Positions 38,501 through 51,200 of a DNA stretch of 64,000 nucleotides are shown here, in pieces (position 1 is the stretch's first letter; every line of letters begins with the position of its first letter). Source of the DNA: Phoronis australis (lineage: Eukaryota; Animalia; Phoronida). The translations under genes were made by a program, and so were the position numbers. The notes under the pieces are model-generated. The model ran no database searches. It saw only the letters and a list, made by a program, of their open reading frames with translations, and was not told the DNA's origin. The DNA lies in the NCBI GenBank assembly GCA_002633005.1, contig NMRA01001003.1:1-64000 (forward strand), read 5' to 3'.

Positions 38501-41500
38501 AGTACATCTTCGCAGATCAGTAAAAGTAGTGCGGCTTTTTTTTCTCATCACCTTTACCCAACATCAGTGGTGCATTATTGACAGGGAGGTGATTATGGGT
38601 GGCTTGGTACTGGGCCGCGGCGTTTTAAACCTTGCATGCATGTGATTGTGTGGTTTTCGAAAGAAAAGGTTTGAGATCTTGGATGAAATTTGAGCCCAAT
38701 TTTATAACGATAGGTGGCGTGAATGAAAAGTTGTCTGTCTTGACCGAAGGCAGGTTTATTAACCCTTTACAGACAGGAATGTGTGAAGCAACGGGTGAAG
38801 TAACATAACGGTACCACGGATTCTAAAGAGAGCGAAATCTGAAAACTGGGTTAAACTTATCTCACTGTAGTTCCCATACGCAATCCAGCAAGAACAAAAT
38901 CACCCGAGACCTCATTTAGTTGGCTCAGACTAATCACCCAATCTTTGCGTCTTAAACAAACTAGTTTTTAGTTGAAATTGCGTATTTGTAAAATATATGG
39001 GAAAAGCAATCAATAAAAAGGTTGCCATAAGTACTCTTAATTATTTCGAAAACTACTAGTTGTGTGTAGATTTCAGTTTTTGTTTAAAAACCTTCCCAAC
39101 TGATTTTTATGCCAATAATGAATCTCGCAATATTTTCCACTTGCGTAGATTCCCGGCCGGCAACACTCACAGGCAGGCCAGAGCTTATCAATACTGCGGT
39201 TTGCAAGGTATGGTGCATTTGGTCAGTTCACGAAAGTCACGCACTGACATTCCTGCACTGATCCCAAACACCTCACAACAGACACGCGATAGTTGGCAAT
39301 TCGGAAGTACAAACGGCAATGTGTGAACCAATGCGCAAACCAACGTATGAACCAATGATGTCCGAACCAACGTGCTAAGCATCTTATGAACGAACATGCG
39401 AACCAATGTGTGAACCAATGTTCGAACCAGCGTGTGAACTAACGTGTAAACCATGCGCGCACCCAGGAGGGGCTCATTAGGCGAAGTGGGAAAAAGTCCG
39501 CCTCAGAGAAACAAAAACTCCGGAAAAGTAGAAAGCAAGACATAAGTCCACTAAAAACGTCGAAACTACCAAAATTCGGCAAATGCACAATTCATAGCTG
39601 TGAACATACCCCTGAATCTTAGTAAAAGGTCAAAATTCTCAAAAATTCGAGCCCCCTCACTTTTTAGGCTTGGTGCGAGCATGTGAACCAATGTGCTAAC
39701 CAACGCGTGAGCCAATATGCGAACCAATGGTTCCGGAAAGAACGGATGAAAGGCAGCGAACAATTATTTTTGACGAATAAACTTGTTATGGCTTTATGTC
39801 CAACATTTTCAAAAACGCTAACCTGTTTCATTCGTTGTGACAGTAACATTTCCGTCGTCGACACCATATCCACCTGTAGACGTAGTGTTTCCAGTGGTCG
39901 CTCTTGTGAACGTCATAGCAGTCATAAGATCGGACCAAGAAGATTCTGTCGAAACACCGAGAAGAGTCGCGTTGTCCACGCGTATCTTTGTAACAACAGA
40001 ATTTTTAGTCGTTGTTTGAGCCATCGACTCATCACCTGATCTCGACTCAGACGTCGTTGTTGTCCTGGCAACTACAGAATCTGTTGTTACAGTGGAATAC
40101 TCCCCAGTAGCGTTAACAGTCTCGTTGGTAACGTTCTTTGACACGGTCACTGCAGCTGACGGCGGGACTGGAGTTATTTCACTTGACGTACTTGTACTTC
40201 GTGTTGTAGAATTTTTTTCTGAGAACAGTTGTTTACGCATCTCGACTGAAACAAAAAGTGAAAATTGGTTGATAAAAGTTGTCTTCAACACTCAAACATT
40301 CAACGCTGAACGTTTTTATGCATATGATATCATTGTTTTAAAAATTTGAACAATTGTGCTTGTGAAGTGTATTAAATTTTATATAGAACCCTACTTGCTG
40401 CGTGTCACGAAAATCCGTCAGGGACGCAAAGCACTAAGGTTCCCAGTAGGAGGCACAGCGGCAATCGGATCCTTCCCAAACTCATCGTCATCCGTTGTCA
40501 CGATTGTAAACTTTAACAAAGATCATGCACGAGGTTTGGGGGACACTGGGGACAATGAAAGGAAATTCCACCGATCACTGAATCGAAATATCTCGGTTAG
40601 GCTACATTTATTCGGCGCTGATCACTTGTAAATGTCATTAACCAATCACCCATAGACATCTTCCCTTGCAACATTGTTGTTCAAATAAGTTAAAATTGTA
40701 TACTGTAAAGCTTCTAATAGAAGCCGGGAGTCAATGCATGCTGAAATTAATAAAGGCCGGGTCTCTTATATAAGCCACCTCTAAACCATACGACCTAGAG
40801 CTGATGGCTGGCAAAGGCGAATTTTTTCGTTATTATCGTACGATATCATGTGCTGGCCTGCCGTGAGAGTAAAACAAATAAACGCCGGGTCCCAAATGAC
40901 CGCCTCGCTCTAACAGAGGTCGGGTCTCATGGAGCACGTCTGTAAAAAAAAATCCCGGCTACTAAGACTCAGTTACCTGAATATTTTGGTTCACGAAGAA
41001 TACTTTTCACTGGCGCAGACTTAACGCCATTTTAAGGTACATGTAAGGGGTATTTCGCCACTGTTTTAGTTGTGGACCTAAATATATTGAATACTTAACC
41101 GAATTAGTGCTTAAGAGTTTGAACTGGTACCATGCTTATACAATCCTGAATTTTCGCCGAATGAACCAGCAACTCAACTCACAAGCTATGCGTGTATGTG
41201 CCATTTTTGAATTCAAAATTTTGAGGTTGGCTAATGCAACCCCAATGAAGCGTATTCGGGAGTCGCTAATGGTTTACGTTATTACAGTTCGTAACCTAAG
41301 TCAAAACCTATCATGGAAGGAATATTACGACTATAGCTATTTTATGAGCTGTTAATAGCAGTTTATTTCGGTTTTGAGATTATTGGCATCTAAATACTGA
41401 GGAATGAAAATCTAACAAGAGTACACTACAGATCTTAACGACGCTTCAGACGGTGGACGGTCCAAAATATAAATATGCCTATAATACGTTGGATTCTCAT

Positions 41501-41945
41501 CCACTCTCGACAATATAACATTTCATCTTTCTCAAATTGAGCTGTAGAAATAAAGTCAAATTACTACAGGTCAAGTCGAAAGTAAGCAACAAATTCACGG
41601 TTGAATTAAAACTTACCTGTGCTAGAATTTTGTAAGGTGTCATTTAGAGGCAACAATTCGGCTGGTTGAAAAACTGAAAACGAGATAACATCAAAATGGG
41701 TATTCAACTTTGTAAATTATTTCCTTACAACACATAAAACTACCAAGTAGATCCACTACTTTTTTCAAAAATGGATCCATAATATGGATTTTAAACGGAG
41801 GCCTCCGTCACGTCAATTTTTTACAGTAAGCTTAGCGACGGTATTCCTAACGCTTTATCTAGTAATGGAGAATGGTGACAAAATCAAACTCACCTGAATA
41901 AAACACGACTATTAGCTGTAACACAGTGGTGATGGAAGCCGCCAT
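35584..41945 (-). CDS. Putative GPI-anchored cell-surface glycoprotein, 376 aa: signal peptide, mucin-like S/T region, 12-Cys domain (two six-Cys modules; DUF19/neuritin/RGM-N-like spacing), hydrophobic tail
   Basis: Exons 41945-41894, 41673-41617, 40245-39823, 38255-38135, 37734-37619, 36463-36319, 35800-35584; all GT-AG, intron phases 1,1,1,2,1,2; total 1131 nt with no internal stop. Starts MAASITTVLQLIVVFYSVFQPAELL and ends CVINGTVITMSFGLPVLLILALLATNLT*. Confidence 0.88.
37219..37388. repeat. Small palindromic element or hairpin in intron 5 of the GPI-protein gene
   Basis: acgatagctgagctgaaagctcacgtcaagg pairs with ccttgacgtgagctgtgagctcagctatcgt. Confidence 0.8.
39321..39730. repeat. 12-bp tandem repeat (gtgtgaaccaat)n interrupted by a MITE
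   Basis: About 11 units before 39452 and 4 after 39683. Confidence 0.85.
39452..39683 (+). mobile_element. ~230-bp MITE, copy 2 of the 28588-28812 family
   Basis: catgcgcgcaccc / ggtgcgagcatg; shared core cgcctcagagaaac...gtccactaaaa...aatgcacaattc...ctcaaaaattcgagccccc. Confidence 0.85.
40701..40975. mobile_element. Degenerate Tc1/pogo-like non-autonomous remnant
   Basis: Begins tactgta and carries repeated aata(a/g)a.gccgggtc motifs. Confidence 0.4.
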
Positions 41946-42497
41946 TGTAGCTTTTTTCAAGGTCTCACGTTACCTAATAATGCCGGAAATCTGTCACCTT
42001 TTGCATCATTGCCAATGCTCAAGCCAATGACCTTCAAATCCCTAACAGCTATCTGTTCGAGCCCCATACGTTCAAAGTAATAAAAATGTCCAAAAGAGCA
42101 TTCTTACGAAACACATTATGGTTGCCTAGCGATGCACGTTGTCAGGTTATTGAAGGGCTATTGATATTATTACAAACATCAACAAGTACCACTCCTGTCG
42201 TGCTGATTTGTTTCTTTCGTGTATCATCGCTGGGCTGTCAAAATTTGTCATCGCCAGTATCTTAATATCCGTGATCATTGTTAACATTAGTTCCCATCAT
42301 GGTCACCATCATCAGTTGACACGGTCACGTGACATGGTCACCATAGTTGACATCACTTCACCCTCACCATCACAGTTATCACGATCAACATTATCATTAA
42401 CATCGTCTTCATAGTTGACATCACACCACTGTCTCATTGTCACAACAAAAACACTCCTCATAAAGAAAATAATATCCTTCTGTTGTTCAAAATTACG

Positions 42498-43692
42498 ACT
42501 AGAGCAACGCCGAACTTTATTCGCCCACCGTCAATGTTTGCATCGCATAGATCGCAGATATAAAGGATGATTACAATTTCAAACATTCCCACTAAAGAGA
42601 GCCTCTAGGGGGTGCATAACGAGTCAGCAATGCTCTCCTCAATAGTAACACACCTGCCAAGATCGTAAAGAAATAAAACTAGGTCCAAAACTCGTTGTTT
42701 TCCGTTATCAGGTTAACAGAAATACGCTTCCAAATTTCACAAACAATCTGCAGGAGTTTAAAAGAAAGAGCTGCGGAAGCGGAAAAAAAAACAGAACTAC
42801 CATAAGTAGTCGAAATTGTTCAAAAATCATTCTCAGCTATGCTCTACCCAGTACGAACACAAATACCAATTTTCACGATTCTTAGAGTGGTTTGGACGCT
42901 GGCGAGATGGACGCCAAAAACAGATTCGAAATAACAAAACGGCCACAAGGATGTGTACGTCATGTCAAATCTATTTGAAATTGAGATGGTGTCGTCGTCT
43001 CTTATATTAGATACCTATTTGCTAAATTTCATAAAAATAGGTCAAAGAACTCCAAAGATACAGAGGAAAACAGGGAAAATTGACACCAGGGGTCACAACG
43101 GTAGTCGAACCCGTCTGAAAATTGTGATCGTCCGTTGTCACGTTCCTATAAATACACTTAACAAATTCAATAAAGACCCTGTTAAGGGTTTAGGAGATGA
43201 AGTCACCAACGCAAAAACCTAACTGCCACTAGGATGCGGCACAGAAGCTGGAGTCATCCGAAAATCATCATCAGCCGTCCTATCCCCTGTAGGAACATAT
43301 ATGCCAATGTTCATAATCATCCTTAAAGTGGTTTGGTTGATAGAGGGGAGGACACCAAAAGCAGACTAGAAAACAGTAAGAAGTGTCTACTTGGGAAAAT
43401 ACGTCGAATCCATCAAAAAACAAGAAGATAGATACTTATTGCCAATTATATGAAAATTTATTAAGGTACTCCGAAGATACAGAGGTAAACGTAAAAAACT
43501 AAAATTGTCACAAGAGGGCACACGAGAAGATAGGTCCTAAAATTGGCTCATGACATCCAATCCATAAAAGGAATATACCAGCAAAATCTCATGAACATAT
43601 ATCTAAGGGTTTTGGAGATACAGCAGCAGACACCAGAAGGACATGGATGATGTCATAATGTGCCCACATATTAATATGTGAGAACTTAAAAA
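42498..43692 (-). mobile_element. HINE/DINE-1-like element copy
   Basis: actagagcaacgc...cgcccac at one end and gtcataatgtgcccacatattaatatgtgagaacttaaaaat at the other; internal repeats with aagggttt.ggagat. Confidence 0.75.
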
Positions 43693-45233
43693 TACAACAA
43701 ACACTTAGATAATATCAATTTATTGAATTACCTGAAGAGTGATTCTCAACATCAGTCAAAAACACTCTTCCTTCAATGATGAAAGACCATGGGATGCTTA
43801 AGGACTAAAAAATACTGAAGATCTGATCTGTTAAGAAAAAAGTGTTCAATGGAAAGACAAACTTGAGTAATGACACTTAAATCTACCTGGAAAATAAATA
43901 CCGCAATTTTGCTTTCTGAATTAAGAAACAGTGTGCCACAGTAATGAACCAGTAAAATGACAAAATAATACAACTTTACCTAAACCTACATAGACTTAAC
44001 AACAGTAGTTACATAACCAATACAAAGACATGACAACGATCAGCACAATTCTTTCCTTAATATACATGCTAAAGCTATACTTAATTACTCCTGAGTAGGA
44101 AATTGTCAATTAGGATTTTTATTACAACCACAAAGAACATATTAAGGAAATAGACATATAGACTTAGTAAGTAAATTACATGCCCTCTGCCCTTCCTGGG
44201 GCTGTTTTCGGGATGAACTTCCATCTTTAGTTATTAATCAAACAGTTGATAGTGCATTGTGCAACTGTAAAACAAATCAAGTTTTTCAAAAAACAAACAA
44301 TGATTCTGCCACCAAAAGGCCATCAGACTTACATGCCCAAAATTACTGTGAGACTACATAAAACAACGAAAGAAAAAACAAAAATGGGAGATCCTATAGT
44401 GTTCTCTAAGCTATAAAAACATGCAAAGAAAACAGTTGGGATAAACTAAAAAGCTCTTCAGACCATATGTAACAAAGAGTAGCACCATCACATCTGACAT
44501 TTAGAACTGAAGCAAGCTTAGTAACTACAGCAGTTACCCAGTAAAGACGCAATGAAATATCAAATAGACTCTTTACATTAATAGATACTTTGATGGAACA
44601 CTATGAACCTATGTGATGAACTAACTTAAACAGAATCTAAGCTTTTTGCAGACCTCCCACATCACATTTTTACATATTAATTTAATGCTGAGATTTAGTA
44701 CTTTGGAAAGACAACTTTATATCATGGTTTCAACAAACTACATTTTTTTTCGAAAATGTTTTCCAGTTTCGTAAAAAAACTTTTTTACCCCAAAATTTCA
44801 CCACGACCTTCAATACTCCTTTCTTCCTTTAAAACAGCTGTAAACACACCTTCTGTCCAAGAAGCAAGTTTTTTAACTTAGATCACTTAGCCATACAAAA
44901 TAAGTAAACGTATTCCTTTCTCAGACAAGAATCAATTTCTGGGTTTGCAAACAACTGACAGTTTGTTATTCCTTGAGATCATGTATGTCTAAAGGAACAA
45001 CAACTGTCAGTTCTTTTGAAGCAAGTTCGAATCAACTCCAATTTGACTAAGGAAAATTTTGAAATCAATTTCATAATCGTAAGTGGTCTAAACCAGGAAG
45101 ACAGGTTCATAGACGCATTAAGTGAAAGGGTGCATTATATTTCTCCCTTTTCCAAACACCAATCAGTGGAGTCAAAGACAATCCAAGTTGTTATGCTTGT
45201 GGATCAGGACAAACTGTATACAGCTGGAATGAG

Positions 45234-48200
45234 TCACGTGAACAAATATTGACCATCCTCTTCCTGTGAGAAGCCAACACTTTCGACAGTACTGACCTGC
45301 GAATCCACTTGACTGGGACTATTAACTGCTATTAGTTGAGGAATGAGTGGTGCCGTCAAAATATCCGCCTCTTCTCTCAGGGACTCAGCTGCCTCTTTAA
45401 TCATTAACTGCAATAATTACAAGCAATGGTATACTTGGTAAAAATAGAAGTGAGTTCCATTCTTTGAGAATGTGCCGAACATGGCAGAAAGAATAGTAAG
45501 ACAGTTACAGTGAAGTATCAGTTTGACACGCGTTACTCGTTTCAGACACAAAACTGTGTTTTTTGAAAAACGTTACCACCAGACAACAATGCCACCTATT
45601 GTTATACAGACACTAGACCTACTTTTGGAGTAACACAACGGACATACACAAAATGCTAACAAAATACGATGCCCCAGGAATAACCATAACAAAAAGTGTA
45701 ACTGGAAATGGATCCAGTCTTTGCATTTAGCGTAATAGCAAACCTTAACTGTTTTGAAAATAATAGGTGAAACAAAACGCATGTGGTTAGTAGCGCAAGC
45801 AGTTGCCACTTAATCAAAAAATTTTAAATGGAAATTGGTGCTCATGTAAGCATGAGTGTTAACCCGAACTTTGACCGTATAACAGTGACTTAATATCTGT
45901 CAATGAAAACATTTTATTACGATAGAATAATGGACATTGATTCTCATCAATCATTAAGTATTATCAATTCACCACGTGGACATCATTATTTCCTAACAAC
46001 AGTTCAACCACGGTAAAAATTTACCACACGTTTGGACCAGTGGAAAATTAATTATTGATCCAGGACTGAGATTATACCAAATTTTAGAAATAGTTAATAC
46101 TGGCCGTCCTACATTCAATAATTATGACCTAAGACAAACAATCATTTCCGTGACATTACACAATAGCAAGATGCATGATAATGTTGCACTGGTAACCATA
46201 TTCCACAATTTTATGAACTGGCAAGCCTATTTTCAGACTCTGTTGATACCAAAACACAGTGTCCGATATTTAAAAAATGTGATGGCCCTATCTTCAGAAT
46301 GAAGAAAATCCAATTCTGACATCTCAAATTTTAGAAATTGTCCCTAACTGGAGAATTTTTACTGTAACCAACAAGCGCATTTTTACACTGGGCAGGCAAC
46401 AACCAGCAGATCAAGTAGATAAAGTATAGCAATTAGTCTGTCTGTTTGTGTTGATCATCACTACTCCAAATTAGTGAAGAGGAATTAACAAACAGGTATA
46501 ATGTATGGTGCAGCTTAACCCTGGAACAATGAACTGACTTGCCCAAGGTCTGATAGCACCAAAAAATCATGCATTCGAATGATGGTATCAAAATATAGAA
46601 AAACTTAGTCAAATACTGGAATTTGATTACTTGAGCTAGCAACATTGCGTCAGTAACTTGCGGACTTCACCATGGCTAATGGTGTTACTATCGTTCTGGC
46701 CAAAATGTGACATTTTAACCATTGAAGTGGCATTGAGGTCAAGACGCAGTGTCATCATTTTGTTAAAATGCCACCTATTGGTCAGAACAATAGTAACAAA
46801 ACTAGCCAAGCTGAAGTCCGTGAGAGACAGATGCAACGTCGCTAACTCAAGTAAGCAAATTACAGTTTTTGACTTAATTTTTTTCTATATTTTGATACCT
46901 CAACTGTATATTTCAGAACTTTCATGCTTTTACCAATGATGGTATTAAACACAAGTCTTGAAATGACCATTTCTATTTTTTACTACCTTTGTAGGAATAA
47001 TCTATTTCTTCTATGTACTACACAGTCTTGGAATGTCCAGTTGCCTCAAAGTAGCCTTACAAACTAGCCATGTCAAAAAAATTGCGATTTGTAATTTTTC
47101 CCACATTTGCCCGTCATTTCTCAGGCAACATAAACTCTCCTGCCTGAAGCGTTGTATTCAACAGCACAGAAACAAAGTGCACCACCTACAACAAAGTAGC
47201 TCTTTAACAATATCCTACAGTGTGTCGCCCCTAAATAGACTTCAGTTCCTCTATGAATGAACATGTACATTATGTGGGAGCATATAAAATAAAGAGAGTA
47301 AACCAAGAATGAGAGGAATAAGAGGGGTACCTAACAGATGACCTCTTCCTCATCGGAAGGCTGATCACTGACAAAGCTGAAAGATCAAATATTTAAGACT
47401 TTTTCAGAACAGTTAGTGTGTTAGTAACAACACCATTAAACAGAATACAATTAGTGATTTTAAGGGACACAGTAGATTTGATACACAACTTTGAAATTTT
47501 AGTGCAATTATGCTTTCCACTTATTGCTTCTGGCGGGTGAGAATGAGCGCCACCCATTCATGTAATTTTAATTAATTCCTTCAATATATAATGTTTTTTT
47601 GTGCAGTAGACAGTCACCCTGCAAGCAATAACCCTATCAAACATGACACAGACTGAAGCATTGGTCAAAACAACAAAATGACTGAAATCAGTCAACTGGT
47701 TCTTTAGATATCATCTGGAAACGCTCTTTCCCTAGACAACACTTATAAAAGACGTTGCCATTAACAAAATAGCCACTACGATGTGCTACAGCAATAGATT
47801 CCTGCTCGAAAATTTAATGGTACCACTGCATTGTCATCAAAAACCTCCTTTCATTGAAATCCTTCACTCGGTTTTCTAAATATCATCCAGAAATGCTCTC
47901 ACACAAAATGGCCACTAGGCGGCACTGCAGTGGTCGAATCTGACCGAAAATCAAATAATGCCAGTGCAATTTCATCATATACTTCTGTGTGAACTTTTAA
48001 TGAAATCAGACATTTGGTTCTTTTGATATCATCTAGAAACAACTTTCCCAAACAAAACATGAAAAGCCTTGGTCGTCCACAAAATGCTCACTAGGAGGGG
48101 CTACAGCAGTCGAATCCAACCAAAAATTCAATGGTGTCAGTGCATTGTCATCTTAAACCTCTGTGTCAACTCTCATTGAAATCTGTCACTCGGTTCTCTA

Positions 48201-51200
48201 TATACCACGTCATCCCGGAATGCTCCCACACAAATGGCCACTCGGAGGCCTTGCAGCAGTCGGATTAGTGGCCAAAAATGAAATGATGCTGGCACAATCT
48301 TATTGCTTACCACTGTGTCAAGTTTCGATAGACTCGGTCAACTGGTTTTTTAGATATCATCCAGAAATGCTCTTCTCCTCAAAACAACACTTTAGAAAGC
48401 ACCTTGTCGAGAACAAAATGGCCATCAGGAGGAGCTACATATTATGTCAAATCTGCCTGAAAATTTGATCGCACTGGCGCACTGATATCACACACCTTTG
48501 TGTGAAGTTTTATTTAAACCGTCGATCGGTTCTGTAGATATCGTTCGCTTAAAAATGAAGACACTCCGCTGTTTTTAATTCAAACTCAATTCGAGTCAAA
48601 ACCTGAGAAGTGTGCAGTCACCAGTGAGTTTAATGTGCAAACAGTGCTGTTGACTGAGAAAACCGGCAGAAACTGAATTAATGAAATAAAAATAATTGCA
48701 ACAATTATATGCAGAAACTGTCCAAAGTCCTGGGTCGTAACCCCTAACGCCTGAGGCATAACTACAAAGGCCTGGATCATGGGACATAACTCCAAAAACT
48801 GTAGTCAACCAATGGCCTGGGTCATGATCAGAGTGGCTTGAGTCATACGTTCAAAACCTGGGTCATGACCCAAAATGTCTTTGTGATTTATAACCATTAG
48901 ATACATGCATCAACTGAAACTAAATTAAAGTGCACAACAGTACATTTACCACAAAGCTGTATAAATAACCCGTTGACACCAAACATGAAAATCAGTTAGT
49001 ACCAATCAATCAAAACTTTCAAAATGTGATTAATGAATGCCACCTCATGATTTACGTGAACAGAACACCTACTAACCTGGGCAGAGACAACAATCTGGTG
49101 TGCCATCTTGTGTGAGATTAATATTGCTTTGACCAGCTCATCAGGGTTGGCTTGAGCGATCAGCTGAACTGTCTTGTAGCCAGCATTGTACAACTGTCTG
49201 GCTCTGGCCTGTGAGGAGAAACGATAACGCAGTTTTATTAAATTAGTAACATCTGGCTCGAGCCTGTACTAAAAAACAGTAATGCAATTCAAGTCAACAG
49301 GTAGTTTAACCATTAGACGACTGAATCTCGTGAAATAGAGTACCTTGAACTGCAGGGCTGCCAGCCCATTGGGCACATAAACTTTCACACTAAACCCCCA
49401 AAATTGGGAGCCAGATGCCATACAGTTGTGAACCACTTCAGCCCTACTGTTTTGCAGCCGACACAGACTTGAAGAAAAAGTTACACAAACTTGATTTCTC
49501 CCCAAAAAGCTACACTGTAGACAATCTTAAGTGCACAGAAGCTTTCAAAGTAAACTACACAAAATTTGCTGAACTCTTGTTAGACTATGCCCAACTTGAA
49601 CGAACATCTAGCCAGATTTATTAGGCAGTTTATTGGCTATTCCACCAACCTGTTTAATACCAGGCAGTTCCATCAACGGGACCAGTTCAGCCATGACACA
49701 GTAGGACAGTCTCTTGACAAAGTTACCAAACAAGTCCTTGTAAGCCCAGAACTCTGAGAGTTCCTGCAAGAATTCAAAACATCAACATCAAGGGTTTAGA
49801 AGCTGCATAACATTTTAAAGCTTCTTTAAACCTAGCTTCAGTCTGACTAAGACCATTTATCGTAAATATAAGCCCAGTATCAGTTTGTTCATAACTCAGA
49901 TAAGATGTAATTTGTAGGCTTAGGAAGAAGCGAGTTTGTTATTGCACAGGAGGCGCAACAAGTTGGCCGGCAATGTCGCTAGTTCCTCAGCTGAGAAAAG
50001 TGACATTATCCCTTTTTCAGGCAAAAAGTTATTGCTGGGTGGATAAGATTTCTAGAAGTTAGCTTTGACCAGAATTATAAAACAATCTGTTGCTGTTATT
50101 ACAAAACAACAACTCTCACCATTCTAAGCCGGACATTCGGGGAGACCAAGGTCGGTGACTTTACCAATGAAATGTGTTTAAAACATCCAACAACAGTCAC
50201 AACTGAACTTTTAAAGTCAACAGTTGCCAGTAAAACATTCTTTTAAATAATAGCACAAACAAAAGGACTAGTGCAAACTCACCTGACAGAAACGCGACAC
50301 GCATGAAGCACAAGTAGCGGCAGATTGTAAGAGTGATTGTAGATAGCCACGCGTGACATGGAACTGTTGAGAGATATGCCATATGGACTTCTGCTGCCAC
50401 AGTTGGTATACCATCAAGGACAAGTAGAAGCGCTGAACAGCCAGTGCAGAGTAAACCTGTTCAACAAACAACAAGCTATATGCAGTGAGTTTCTCTAGCC
50501 TCTTTACAACTCTTTACTTGACAGATAAATACAGACAAACTCCGTAACTTTTTTTTCTACTCTGAGTTACTTCAAAATGGATCATTGAACTTTCTTAGAC
50601 AAATGATGTTGGCTACATCTCACAACCATCAACCCAGGGACTTGGCTGATAAAGAGATGAACCATTTGAAAATTGCAGTTGCATTCCTCTCCACAATACC
50701 AAAACAAAAGTGAGCTACTCCAAAACGTTGTTCAGTGGAGACAGATGTATCATTGCTACACATACAACCAACACCACTCAGTTTGATGCAACCCAGCTTT
50801 ATAGAGTGGAGGGCTCTGAACAGATACAAGTTGACTGTTACTAATTACGACCATGAGCCAGACATCGTCTAGATAACTTTAACTTACACCAGGTGTACCA
50901 GAAACGTTCCAAGATTCAACTGGTTGTAATTTCAATTCAGTTTTTCATACGGGAACAGAAACATTTTCTACCTAATAACAATTAGCAGAAGTTTCCAAAA
51001 CTCGAGTTTTGCAATTATAAAATAGAAGATAAAAAACTGGTTGAAAAATAAAATATCATACACTCAAGTGGCAAAAGGAAAAATTAACATGAGCAGTCAG
51101 CGGTGAATTAAGATCCCCTTAATAGACCTTTAAATGGACGAAACTAGGACTTCAAATTTAGTACATTGAGCAACATTTTAACTTTACAACTAAAAAGATT

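Noticed and set aside
39188-39454. ORF with repeated TLVH peptide
   Set aside because: Translation of the 12-bp minisatellite; no convincing splice sites joining it to the surrounding gene
47331-47377. Possible extra HELQ exon (tttcag acceptor, GT donor)
   Set aside because: In-frame stop after three codons, and the conserved protein continues directly into 45407-45234; no support without transcripts
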